A DNA stretch of 21,890 bases from a virus (lineage: Duplodnaviria > Heunggongvirae > Uroviricota > Caudoviricetes), in IMG/VR virus record IMGVR_UViG_2531839180_000003, positions 1-21,890 of that record, one strand, 5' to 3'. The stretch's first letter is position 1; each line of letters starts with the position of its first letter. A program made the translations under genes and the position numbers. Under the pieces are notes generated by a model that worked only from the letters and a program-made list of their open reading frames with translations, was not told where the DNA came from and did not search any database. Positions 8,236-16,634 of the stretch are shown piece after piece.

Positions 8236-8530
8236 AGCCAGAATTACACCTGATGAAGTCAGGGCACATCTTCGACTTGATGATGATTTATCCGGTGAAG
8301 GCGAACTTCTGAAAATGTATACCGATGCGGCGCTGGAAGCCTGCCAGAAGCATATCGGGAAACGTTTTGAAGACGGGCTGGAATTTACCCCGGCAATGCG
8401 TGTTGGTTGCCTGATGTACATCGCTTTCCTGTACGAGAACCGGGAAGCGGTTTCACCAGTGGAGCACTCGGAACTGCCTATGGCTATTTCTGCGCTCTGG
8501 TCAGTTTATCGTGACGTAGGGGTGTACTGA
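8228..8530 (+). CDS. gp6-like head-tail connector (head completion) protein
   Basis: 100 aa from the ATG at 8228, overlapping the portal stop as ATGAGTGA, with AGGGAG Shine-Dalgarno. Pattern RAHLRLDDD...AALEA...FLYENRE is typical of phage gp6-like connectors. Confidence 0.7.
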   Translation: MSEARITPDEVRAHLRLDDDLSGEGELLKMYTDAALEACQKHIGKRFEDGLEFTPAMRVGCLMYIAFLYENREAVSPVEHSELPMAISALWSVYRDVGVY

Positions 8531-8970
8531 TGCCGTGGCAACCATTAAGGCGATGCACTGAGCCTGGCTGTAATAAGCGCGTGAAGTCCGGCAAGTGTGA
8601 AGAGCACAGGCGGGCTGCATGGCGTGCAGAGGATGCCAGACGGGGACACCGCCGCGCGCGCGGGTATTCCCGACAGTGGGACAAATACCGCGCCCTGTAC
8701 CTGAGCAAAAACCCGTTATGCGTGCGTTGTCTGGCTAAGGGGATTTATACGCCAGCTCTTGTGGTGGATCACATCATTCCCATCAATGGCGGCGGTGATG
8801 TTCTCTTCTGGCCTGAGTGGAATCACCAGGCATTGTGCCAGACGTGCCACAACCGTAAGACGACACGAGAAGATCCAGCCACGAAAGCAAACCGTAAAGC
8901 GGGCATGTATCGCGAGCAGGAAGAACGGGCGGCACACCGTAACGACTGGATGTATGGCGATGATGACTGA
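8530..8970 (+). CDS. phage-associated HNH endonuclease
   Basis: 146 aa. Cys pairs (CTEPGC, CVRC, CQTCHNRK) and VDHIIP...N...H fit an HNH zinc-binding nuclease. Start overlaps the connector stop as TGATG. Lies upstream of terS as in HK97-type cos phages. Confidence 0.85.
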   Translation: MPWQPLRRCTEPGCNKRVKSGKCEEHRRAAWRAEDARRGHRRARGYSRQWDKYRALYLSKNPLCVRCLAKGIYTPALVVDHIIPINGGGDVLFWPEWNHQALCQTCHNRKTTREDPATKANRKAGMYREQEERAAHRNDWMYGDDD

Positions 8971-9258
8971 ACAGGAGCAAACCAGGCTGATACGTGGACT
9001 GATAAGGCAGCGTGACACATGGAAGACACAGGAGACAGAGCACAAAGCCAACAGGACTGGGCGCACAAAACGCACCACAGCGAAGCGATTAACCGACCGT
9101 GACCGCGAGGTCATGGAATGTTTTCGCAATCGCTGGTGAGGCCGTCAGAGGGGGTGGGGGTGGTTTTCAGGACGAAACCGTCCCTGCCGGACACCGACCG
9201 CCCCCTCAAATTTTTGTGCACGGTAATTTTTTTGAAAATAATTGGGCGAAAAAAGAAC

Positions 9259-9615
9259 ATGGCAAGACCACCAAAAGCCCCCGCTTACCTGGATGAAATC
9301 GCGGTCAGGCAGTGGAAGGAAAAATCGCGCCAGCTTTCCGGGCGGGAAGACCTTACCCCCGCCGACTGGAGCAATCTGGAACTGTATTGCGTTAACTACT
9401 CTATATACCGCAAAGCCGTCGAAGACCTTGCGACGCGCGGGTTCAGCATTGTTAACAGTCAGGGCAGCGAGAGCAGAAACCCCGCACTGAGCGCAAAGGC
9501 TGACGCAGAAAGAATAATGATCAAAATGGCTTCTTTGCTGGGTTTTGACCCGGTAAGCCGTCGCAGAAATCCACCGGAAACAGAGGAAGAGGACGAACTT
9601 GACCGCCTGGCATGA
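9259..9615 (+). CDS. terS: terminase small subunit (P27-family-like)
   Basis: 118 aa from the ATG at 9259; the track ORF from 9118 has a low-complexity N-terminal extension that is probably non-coding. MARPPKAP...LDE...W...LELYC pattern and position directly upstream of terL. Confidence 0.7.
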   Translation: MARPPKAPAYLDEIAVRQWKEKSRQLSGREDLTPADWSNLELYCVNYSIYRKAVEDLATRGFSIVNSQGSESRNPALSAKADAERIMIKMASLLGFDPVSRRRNPPETEEEDELDRLA

Positions 9616-11260
9616 GTACGCAGAAGGCGTAAAAAACGGCAAAATTACGGCCTGTAAACGACTGAAACAGGCTGTTAAACGGTATTTTTCTGACCTTGAA
9701 AACTCCCTTTACACGTTCGATCCGGAGGTCGTGGAGCGGTTTATTGCCTTTTCCCGGGTGTGCCCGCACGTAAAAGGCGCAATGCGCGGTAGCCCCATTG
9801 AACTTGAGCCGTGGCAGCAGTTCGCCTTTGCCTGCATCCTGGGATTTAAGGTTAAGGCCACCGGACGGCGCAAATACACCAGCGCATTCATTGAAGTACC
9901 GCGAAAAAATGCCAAATCCACGGTCGCCGCTATCCTGGCTAACTGGTTTCTGGTTATGGAAAACGGGCAGCAGGATATTTACACCGCCGCCGTGAGTCGT
10001 GATCAGGCGCGGATCGTGTTTGATGATGCGCGTCAGATGTGCCTTTTATCCCGACCGTTACGAAAGCGGGTAAATATTCAGGCGCACAAGGTGATACACC
10101 CGAAAACCAACAGCCTGTTAAAGCCACTGGCAGCAAAAGCGGCAACCATTGAGGGGACAAACCCGAGTCTTGCCATTGTGGATGAATATCACCTGCACCC
10201 AGACAACGGGGTTTATTCCGCACTTGAACTGGGGATGGGGGCGCGTCCGGAGGGGCTGTTATTTGCCATCACCACATCGGGGAGCAACGTTGTTTCAGCC
10301 TGTAAACAACACTACGACTATTGCTGCCAGATACTGGATGGTGAAGAGGTGAACGAATCCATGTTCGTACTGATTTACGAGCTGGATGATGAAAGCGAGG
10401 TTGACGATCCGGCGATGTGGATAAAGGCGAATCCCAATATCGATGTTTCCGTCGATCGTGAAAAACTGGCCTCAACCATCCAGAAAGCGCGGGGTATTCC
10501 GTCGCAGTGGGTGGAAATGCTCACCAAGCGATTCAATATCTGGTGTCAGGGGGCTACGCCGTGGATGGGTAACGGTGCATGGGCGGAGTGCGCCGGAACG
10601 TTCGCTGAGGCGGATTTATACGGGCAGGAGTGCTATGCGGGGCTGGACTTATCATCAACCAGCGATATTTCCAGCGTGTGCTATGCCTTTCCGGTCGGTA
10701 AAAAGATTATGCTGGTTTCACGTCACTATCTACCGGAATTTCAGCTACAGAACCCTGCCAATAAAAACCGCGCCATCTATCGCCAGTGGGCAAAGGCGGG
10801 CTGGATACGCACAACACCGGGTGACTGCATTGATTATGACCGTATCCGTGATGACATCATGGCGGATGCAGAGAATTTCAATATCAGGCTGGTGGGTTTC
10901 GATACATGGAACGCCACGCACCTGAGGACGCAGCTACAGGGAGCGGGATTTGAGGTGGAGCCGTTCCCGCAAACGTACCTTCGTTTTAGTCCGGCGGCGA
11001 AATCGTTCGAAGTTTTTGTTAACCGGAAGGTGATTGTTCATCGTGGTGATCCGGTGCTGGCCTGGTCAATGAGTAATGTTGTGATGCAGAGTGACGCGAA
11101 CGCCAATATCAAGCCGAACAAGAAAAAATCATCCAATAAGATAGACCCGAGCGTTGCGGCGCTGATGGCGTTTGGCACATTCCAGGCTGAGCATGAGGAA
11201 TTTGCATTTGATATGAGCGACAGCCAGAAAGAGCGACTTGCGGCATTTGATGGGGTATGA
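9599..11260 (+). CDS. terL: terminase large subunit
   Basis: 553 aa from a TTG start at 9599, preceded by GAGGAAGAGGA, overlapping terS by 17 nt. ATPase N-terminal domain and nuclease C-terminal domain pattern typical of Terminase_1-type large subunits. Confidence 0.9.
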   Translation: MTAWHEYAEGVKNGKITACKRLKQAVKRYFSDLENSLYTFDPEVVERFIAFSRVCPHVKGAMRGSPIELEPWQQFAFACILGFKVKATGRRKYTSAFIEVPRKNAKSTVAAILANWFLVMENGQQDIYTAAVSRDQARIVFDDARQMCLLSRPLRKRVNIQAHKVIHPKTNSLLKPLAAKAATIEGTNPSLAIVDEYHLHPDNGVYSALELGMGARPEGLLFAITTSGSNVVSACKQHYDYCCQILDGEEVNESMFVLIYELDDESEVDDPAMWIKANPNIDVSVDREKLASTIQKARGIPSQWVEMLTKRFNIWCQGATPWMGNGAWAECAGTFAEADLYGQECYAGLDLSSTSDISSVCYAFPVGKKIMLVSRHYLPEFQLQNPANKNRAIYRQWAKAGWIRTTPGDCIDYDRIRDDIMADAENFNIRLVGFDTWNATHLRTQLQGAGFEVEPFPQTYLRFSPAAKSFEVFVNRKVIVHRGDPVLAWSMSNVVMQSDANANIKPNKKKSSNKIDPSVAALMAFGTFQAEHEEFAFDMSDSQKERLAAFDGV

Positions 11261-11265
11261 CGAGA

Positions 11266-11547
11266 ATGACTGAAACTGATCTACTAAAAATAATTCGCCG
11301 CATTACCGGAATCAGTCAGCAGCCTGACGAACAGGCTACACAGCCGGACAGCGTGATAGCCGAAAATTACGCGCGTGTGGTGGCTGAGGTAATGCGCCGT
11401 GACGGTATTGAGCTTAACGGCGTGGATATGCGCAACATACGAACCAGAGTTCTTGAGTTGCTGGCATACCGTCGCCGTTCTCAACAACGGAGGGAGAGCG
11501 CGAAAAATACTTACCAGTGGAGGAAGCCGGAGCACTTACGGCGGTAA
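11266..11547 (+). CDS. hypothetical protein
   Basis: 93 aa from the second in-frame ATG just after the terL stop. No recognisable motif. Confidence 0.4.
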   Translation: MTETDLLKIIRRITGISQQPDEQATQPDSVIAENYARVVAEVMRRDGIELNGVDMRNIRTRVLELLAYRRRSQQRRESAKNTYQWRKPEHLRR

Positions 11548-11564
11548 CTGGTTGATATTACCGA

Positions 11565-11773
11565 AAGTGCAAAAATGCACTTAGCAACTGGTGGCGAGTT
11601 GCAGATCTGCAACTCGACTATGAAACTACCCGTAGTTTGGGTAGTAAGAGTAACACCCAGATTTTGGGGCTTACTCGCGATACCCAAATAAAGGGTATCG
11701 GTGTAAGAAATATCGTTTCTCATATGTGAGCACCGAGGGCGGAATTCCGCCTTCGGTTACTTATTGTGCTCAT
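11565..11773. repeat. array of five inverted repeats including a 22-bp perfect palindrome
   Basis: Hairpin AAGTGCA/TGCACTT (11565-11582). Perfect palindrome CGAGTTGCAGATCTGCAACTCG (11595-11616). CTACCC/GGGTAG (11627-11644). CGATACCC/GGGTATCG (11678-11700). Nested hairpin 11726-11773 with core CCGAGGGCGG-AATT-CCGCCTTCGG (11733-11756). Confidence 0.6.
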
Positions 11774-12152
11774 GCACAGGGAGGGGCGGGTCAAATCTCT
11801 GTACCCTGACGTCTTCCGGACTGCCAGCCCCATCGATTTTTTATACCCGCGAAAAATGAAAAACGCTTCACGCTGGTGGGCCTGATGCCGATATGGTGAG
11901 CCACATACCGGAAATATCCACCAGCACGGCAACGGCAGAATAGCCACAACACAGAAAACCCACGAATATGGGGTTTTTGTTATGGCATGGTCATGATGAC
12001 CGCCCCTGCTCTGAATGGTGGAAATCACCACGCAGATCATCCACCAGCTTCATGACGGATAGCCGGAAAATGATAACGGTTACGCAAAACCCCCAGCAAA
12101 TTTCCCTTTTGTTTGTTATTGTTCGTCGTTGTTCGTAGAGCTTCAACGAAAT

Positions 12153-12176
12153 GTGTGGTCAGTTGTGTGGTCAGTT
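12153..12176. repeat. tandem direct repeat TGTGTGGTCAGT x2 upstream of int
   Basis: Exact 12-mer at 12153-12164 and 12165-12176. Also GTTCGT x2 at 12121-12136. Located 190-250 bp upstream of the integrase start. Confidence 0.6.
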
Positions 12177-12368
12177 TTGAGGCTTTTAATTTATGCATTC
12201 TTAAAAACTTATTTATTATCAATTACTAACAGGAATTAGTAAGAAATACCCGTATTACCTGATCTGGATAATGCCAGCGTAGTCCTGGCGATTATTCAAG
12301 ATAAAATCAAAGACTTATCTGCGATTTTCGAACCGTTTTGTTTAGCCGATCACATCGAGGCTCACAAA

Positions 12369-13727
12369 ATGGGACACCAGACCATACGCCACACCATTAA
12401 ACGTAACGGGGTTTATTACGTTCGTTTCCGCCTGCCTGATAATAAGTTTTTCCGTAAGTCGTTAGAGACTGACAGCCACACCCAGGCGCAGTTGCTCATG
12501 TCTTTTGCTTCTCCTGTAATTCCTCTGGTTCAACGTGGAGCTATCCAACCGGATCACTTCGGTAAGCGTCTTTCTGAGTATGGCAATAGTCTGAAGCAGC
12601 AGAATGAACAATGGCTGGCGCACCAATTTCTGAATGATGCGCGGCGCAATATTCAGCCGATAGTTGTTCATGAAGACCGCGAGGTTGTCTCTCCTTCGGT
12701 AGATGAGGAAGAACAAACTGAAGCACAACCAGAACACGTGTTAACACTGGCTGGCGCGTGGAATATGTATAAAGAGGAGAAAGCCCAAAACTGGACGAAG
12801 GCTATCTCTCAAGCCAATGAGCGCTTTATGGAGGTGATGTTGATTGTCTTGGGTTCATCAACTGATGTAACCACGATTACCAAGCAAGACATTAAACAGG
12901 TAATGGAGGTTGTTGAAAACTTGCCTAAGCGTGTTGTGCAGCCTTATCGGTCAATGACGGTTCAGCAACTGATCGAGTGTGATGATGTTCCGCCAGAAGA
13001 TTTGGTTGGCGCTGAGTCTATCCACAAGCATTTGAAGATTTACAAATCGCTGTTTAAAACCTTCCTGACAGACAATAAAGATATTCTGGAGAAGTCTCCG
13101 ACTGATGGGATCGTCGCCGCACCGTCGAAAACGAGGTTTGGAGCATACAGTGCAGCAGAAATGAGAAAGTTTGTGGGGTGGGCGCTCAGGCAGCCTGACG
13201 GTTGGCAGAAGTGGATCACTCTTTTGTTGGCGTACACGGGAGCCAGAAGAGGCGAGATCGCAAAGCTGGAAAAATCTCATATCAAATATGATGAGGATAG
13301 TCAGCGGCACTATCTCCTTATCGCGGAAGGAGGACAGGGGAAAACTGAGAACGCGACTAGACAGGTTGTAATACATCCCAAACTGATCGAATGGGGATTC
13401 CTTGATTTTGTAAACCGCCAATGGAAAGAGAAAATATTCTCGCCTGTGTCGGGTAAGAACATGCCGAAGATCGGCAAAGTTTTAGCAGATGTGCGTGATC
13501 AGCTTGGTATTCCTTATCTTGATGACTATGGGCAGCGGCGATTGGTGCATAGCTTCCGACATACCATGATTTCAACCTGTTTAGCTGGCTGGGTTGGCAA
13601 CTTAGCGCACTTGCAGCAGGTTGTAGGGCATGAGAAAAGCGGGGCAGGGATCACTAGAAGATACTTACACATTTTTCCTCTGAAAACTGTGTGTTACGTC
13701 ATTGATGGATTGTGTTGGAATGGCTAA
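12369..13727 (+). CDS. int: tyrosine recombinase (phage integrase family)
   Basis: 452 aa with GAGG Shine-Dalgarno. Catalytic signature elements TGARRGE (Arg I), HSFRHT (HxxR box II) and GHEKSGAGITRRYLH (His...Tyr). Confidence 0.85.
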   Translation: MGHQTIRHTIKRNGVYYVRFRLPDNKFFRKSLETDSHTQAQLLMSFASPVIPLVQRGAIQPDHFGKRLSEYGNSLKQQNEQWLAHQFLNDARRNIQPIVVHEDREVVSPSVDEEEQTEAQPEHVLTLAGAWNMYKEEKAQNWTKAISQANERFMEVMLIVLGSSTDVTTITKQDIKQVMEVVENLPKRVVQPYRSMTVQQLIECDDVPPEDLVGAESIHKHLKIYKSLFKTFLTDNKDILEKSPTDGIVAAPSKTRFGAYSAAEMRKFVGWALRQPDGWQKWITLLLAYTGARRGEIAKLEKSHIKYDEDSQRHYLLIAEGGQGKTENATRQVVIHPKLIEWGFLDFVNRQWKEKIFSPVSGKNMPKIGKVLADVRDQLGIPYLDDYGQRRLVHSFRHTMISTCLAGWVGNLAHLQQVVGHEKSGAGITRRYLHIFPLKTVCYVIDGLCWNG

Positions 13728-13837
13728 TAATTTGGGTGATGTCATAGTTTTACTGAATTTTCAGTGATATAAATCATGTAAAAATAAGGTGTTCTACGTA
13801 AGGCTATTTTTCTATACACAGCTAGCATAAAGGATTA

Positions 13838-15286
13838 ATGATGTTTATTAAAAAACTGAAGATAGAAAATTTTAAAGGGTATCACGGGGAAGATAATGAG
13901 TTGGAATTCAATATCCCTGATGGAGAAACGGAAGGTAGTGGACTTAATATATTTGTGGGTGAAAACAACGCCGGAAAATCCACTGTATTTGAAATTATAG
14001 ATTTTATAAAGGATGGAACCAAAAAGAACATTGAGGATCTTATATGCAAATCAGACCCGGCTAATATTGCTGAGAAGCTTTCAGCCGAGCTAACCTTCAC
14101 TGGAAACTTATCAGAAGTAATTGCCGCTCATGTACAAGCTAATAAAGTTGCAGCATTCACCTCGCATGTTTTTGAGGACGAGGGTGTTAATTATTTCAGA
14201 GTGAAGAGGTGTAGTGAGGTAGGGGAGAAGAAAATATTATTTTGGAACGGAAATGAATTTGTTAACCCAAGTGGTATAGATGCCCCATTTAAGAAGTTTT
14301 ATGATAATAACTTCATTTGGGCTGATACAAACCCAAGCAATGAAGCAAAGTTTGGCTCTACAACTATATGTGGTTCGCTTCTAAAAGAAATTGCTTTAGG
14401 CCATATTGAAACGGATGAGTATAGAGCGTTTTCTGAGCAATATCATCGCGTATTCAATCATCCTGAATCTGAGTTGAGACAAAAAATATCATTAGTCGAA
14501 GATCAAGTTAGAACAGTTTTTTCATCTCAATTTGGCATGGCAGATATTTCTTTCATTTTTGAGGAGTTGCAGGTAGAGAATTTCTTCAAAACTATTTCCA
14601 TCATGATTGATGATGGGGTGAATGTCCCAATGGGCGAAAAGGGGCATGGAATGCAAAGGGCACTAGCCCTATCATTACTTCAGGTGTATGCTGACATAAC
14701 GTGTAATGCGCATGGCGCTGGGATTAGCAAACCATTTTATCTTTTCATTGATGAACCTGAAATATGTCTTCATCCATCAGGCCAGCAGAAGCTTTTAGAA
14801 GCTTTAATGATTATCTCCAAAAGCAGACAGGTTTTTGTCACAACGCATTCGCCTTTCCTTTTATCTTCCCCTTATCTTAAAAATGTTGGCTTGTTTGTTT
14901 TCAAAAAAGAAAATAATAAGAATGTTGTGGAGAGAGCTGATACTTCTCCATGGTTCCCTTGGTCTCCATCGTGGGGGGAGATTAATTTCAAAGCATACAA
15001 TTTAGCAACCGTTGAATTGCATAATGAATTATATGGTTATTTGCAGGAAAAAAACTCCTGTCCGAGCGAAAAAGCAATGGAACAATGGCTAAATTCAAAT
15101 GGAATTGCATTTGATAAAGTATGGGTTAGAGAATTTAAAGGTGCAGCACAACCGCCAGCGGATACTACATTACAAACATTCATCCGTAATCACATACACC
15201 ACCCAGAGAATGTTACAATGCAATCTAATCGCTATACACAACAAGAATTACTAACTTCAATCCAACAAATGGTTGGTCTTCTATAA
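13838..15286 (+). CDS. ABC-type ATPase of the OLD/AAA_15-like class with unassigned ~140-aa C-terminal domain
   Basis: 482 aa. N-terminus KKLKIENFKGY, Walker A GENNAGKST, signature-like GHGMQRALALSL, Walker B/D-loop LFIDEPEICLHP, H-loop VTTHSP. No Toprim-like acidic motifs seen in the C-terminus, which contains RNHIHH (about residues 450-455). Visibly AT-rich. Own upstream intergenic region and own terminator. Confidence 0.8.
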   Translation: MMFIKKLKIENFKGYHGEDNELEFNIPDGETEGSGLNIFVGENNAGKSTVFEIIDFIKDGTKKNIEDLICKSDPANIAEKLSAELTFTGNLSEVIAAHVQANKVAAFTSHVFEDEGVNYFRVKRCSEVGEKKILFWNGNEFVNPSGIDAPFKKFYDNNFIWADTNPSNEAKFGSTTICGSLLKEIALGHIETDEYRAFSEQYHRVFNHPESELRQKISLVEDQVRTVFSSQFGMADISFIFEELQVENFFKTISIMIDDGVNVPMGEKGHGMQRALALSLLQVYADITCNAHGAGISKPFYLFIDEPEICLHPSGQQKLLEALMIISKSRQVFVTTHSPFLLSSPYLKNVGLFVFKKENNKNVVERADTSPWFPWSPSWGEINFKAYNLATVELHNELYGYLQEKNSCPSEKAMEQWLNSNGIAFDKVWVREFKGAAQPPADTTLQTFIRNHIHHPENVTMQSNRYTQQELLTSIQQMVGLL

Positions 15287-15291
15287 AGAAA

Positions 15292-15320
15292 AAGGCGAGC
15301 CCTTTGGCTCGCCTTTTAAT
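15292..15320. terminator. bidirectional rho-independent terminator between convergent genes
   Basis: Stem AAGGCGAGCC (15292-15301) / GGCTCGCCTT (15306-15315), loop CTTT, then TTTTAAT. The upstream A-run gives a U-tract for the minus strand. Confidence 0.75.
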
Positions 15321-15321
15321 A

Positions 15322-15513
15322 TTAATTTAATAACTTGCGCTTTTTAGATAATAGCACACTTAAAGCATATTCAAACCCGTGTTGCGCCTCTAGACGGCAT
15401 AGGGTGATATTACAGATCCCCAACTCCTTACACAGCGCCTTTCGGTTAATTACCTCCGCCGCGCCAGATACATAGACTTGACCAGCGCCGGGGATATTGA
15501 TTGAAACTTTCAT
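15322..15513 (-). CDS. hypothetical small protein, possibly a truncated head-module gene
   Basis: 63-aa ORF with GAGGT Shine-Dalgarno. Lies directly downstream of the E-like capsid gene and abuts the terminator and the AT-rich int/ATPase segment. Confidence 0.4.
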   Translation of the reverse strand: MKVSINIPGAGQVYVSGAAEVINRKALCKELGICNITLCRLEAQHGFEYALSVLLSKKRKLLN

Positions 15514-15603
15514 GTGTTACCTCAGTGTAAAAGTAAAAATGAATATAACCGGAAGATATAACCCCCAGCCGTACCGGAAGGGCGCGACCGGGGGAAATGT
15601 GCA

Positions 15604-16632
15604 TTACTTCAGCGTGATAGTTGTAAGCCACTGAGGACGAAGCAGAAGAGGCAACAGAGAAAACTCTGACTGCATTTTAATCATCCCGTCATCGTCTACG
15701 CTGGTCCAGGCGTAGCGATCCTTAACGCCCCCCTTGACGGCCAGGCTTTGATTTCTGCTGCATGGCCCTGAAATTTTGCGCAAAAATGAATAATCGGAGT
15801 CGGTCATACGTGGGACAACCAGACCGGAGTTCTCACTCACCTTGTAAGTAGGGTCACCAGCCAGATCGACAAAGGTTACAGGACCCAGCGACATGGTATT
15901 AAAACCACTAAGCGCGTTAGGGATAACCACGCCGGAGATCTGCGCCTGCTGGACGCTGTGCAGAATAAATGCTTGGATCTCTTTGTTGGTGGCAATGACA
16001 TCATAGAGACCAGAATCACACAGGACATACAGACGGTCGCTATAGTTGCGGGCCGCGCCTAGCGCCTGGGAAACCTGGCGACGCAGTTTAGCAAGCTGTT
16101 GGTAAATAGAGGCATCCACGGAAGCATCCAGGGTGAAGGAAGCCGGGGAGGTCCCGAACACCTGATCGAAGGAGATGTCGCCGTCATCGGTATGGGGTGC
16201 GCTCACCTTACGCTCAAAGAGGGCCTCCGCCAGAGAAGTTTCCACAGTTCGGCGATAATCCTTTTCGAACTGTACAGCACGCTTGCTGATAACTTCAGTT
16301 ATTGCCATATCCTGATTAGTTGTTGGACTGATCAGCCCCTGCCAATCATGCGGGCGCACAAAGGCAGTCTCATGTACGACTGGGATCTCGGCATCACGGA
16401 AAACAGCGGTCGCCGCTTTCTGGTGGTTGGTGTCGGTGCCGTAGCGCGACACGGTTTCCAGTTTGGAATCTTCCGCATCAGTAATATCACTCACACGGGC
16501 ATTAGGGACGCTAGAGGAGCCTTTAGCGAACAGGTTCAAATCCTGAAGCAGGTAAGAGCCTTGTTTAGAATCCTTGATAGTTGCTACAAGGTCGAGCCCC
16601 TCATAGGTATTTTTAATATCTTTAACGCTCAT
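15604..16632 (-). CDS. major capsid protein, lambda gpE family
   Basis: 342 aa with GGAGG Shine-Dalgarno. C-terminal ...DRYAWTSVDDDGMIKMQSEFSLLPLL aligns by eye with lambda gpE ...ARYPKNWVTTGDPAREFTMIQSAPLMLL. Length matches gpE (~341 aa). Confidence 0.8.
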   Translation of the reverse strand: MSVKDIKNTYEGLDLVATIKDSKQGSYLLQDLNLFAKGSSSVPNARVSDITDAEDSKLETVSRYGTDTNHQKAATAVFRDAEIPVVHETAFVRPHDWQGLISPTTNQDMAITEVISKRAVQFEKDYRRTVETSLAEALFERKVSAPHTDDGDISFDQVFGTSPASFTLDASVDASIYQQLAKLRRQVSQALGAARNYSDRLYVLCDSGLYDVIATNKEIQAFILHSVQQAQISGVVIPNALSGFNTMSLGPVTFVDLAGDPTYKVSENSGLVVPRMTDSDYSFLRKISGPCSRNQSLAVKGGVKDRYAWTSVDDDGMIKMQSEFSLLPLLLRPQWLTTITLK

Positions 16633-16634
16633 TA

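Larger units (their letters stand above)
1..13727 (+). mobile_element. capsid-forming phage-satellite-like element (P4-like replication module plus HK97-type head/packaging module plus integrase); boundaries not defined
   Basis: Co-directional block carrying regulator, alpha-like helicase, iteron ori, SSB, capsid, protease, portal, connector, HNH, TerS, TerL and integrase. No tail or lysis genes. Left end may lie outside the window; the right end may extend to about 15320 to include the ATPase. Confidence 0.5.

Noticed and set aside
8954-9139. Small ORF between HNH and terS with an LTDRDREVMEC segment reminiscent of LuxR-type HTH
   Set aside because: No Shine-Dalgarno, overlaps the HNH 3' end, and the resemblance is a few residues. 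The region is more likely the cos site.
9118-9258. Long N-terminal extension of the terS ORF
   Set aside because: Low-complexity translation across the G-tract/C-tract non-coding region. The ATG at 9259 gives a typical-length TerS.
11548-12368. Possible tRNA or tmRNA 3' end as integration target near int
   Set aside because: No T-loop-like GGTTCGAATCC/GGTTCAAATCC motif or CCA-ending acceptor stem found on either strand. The only near match (12316-12323, TTCGAACC) lacks tRNA context.
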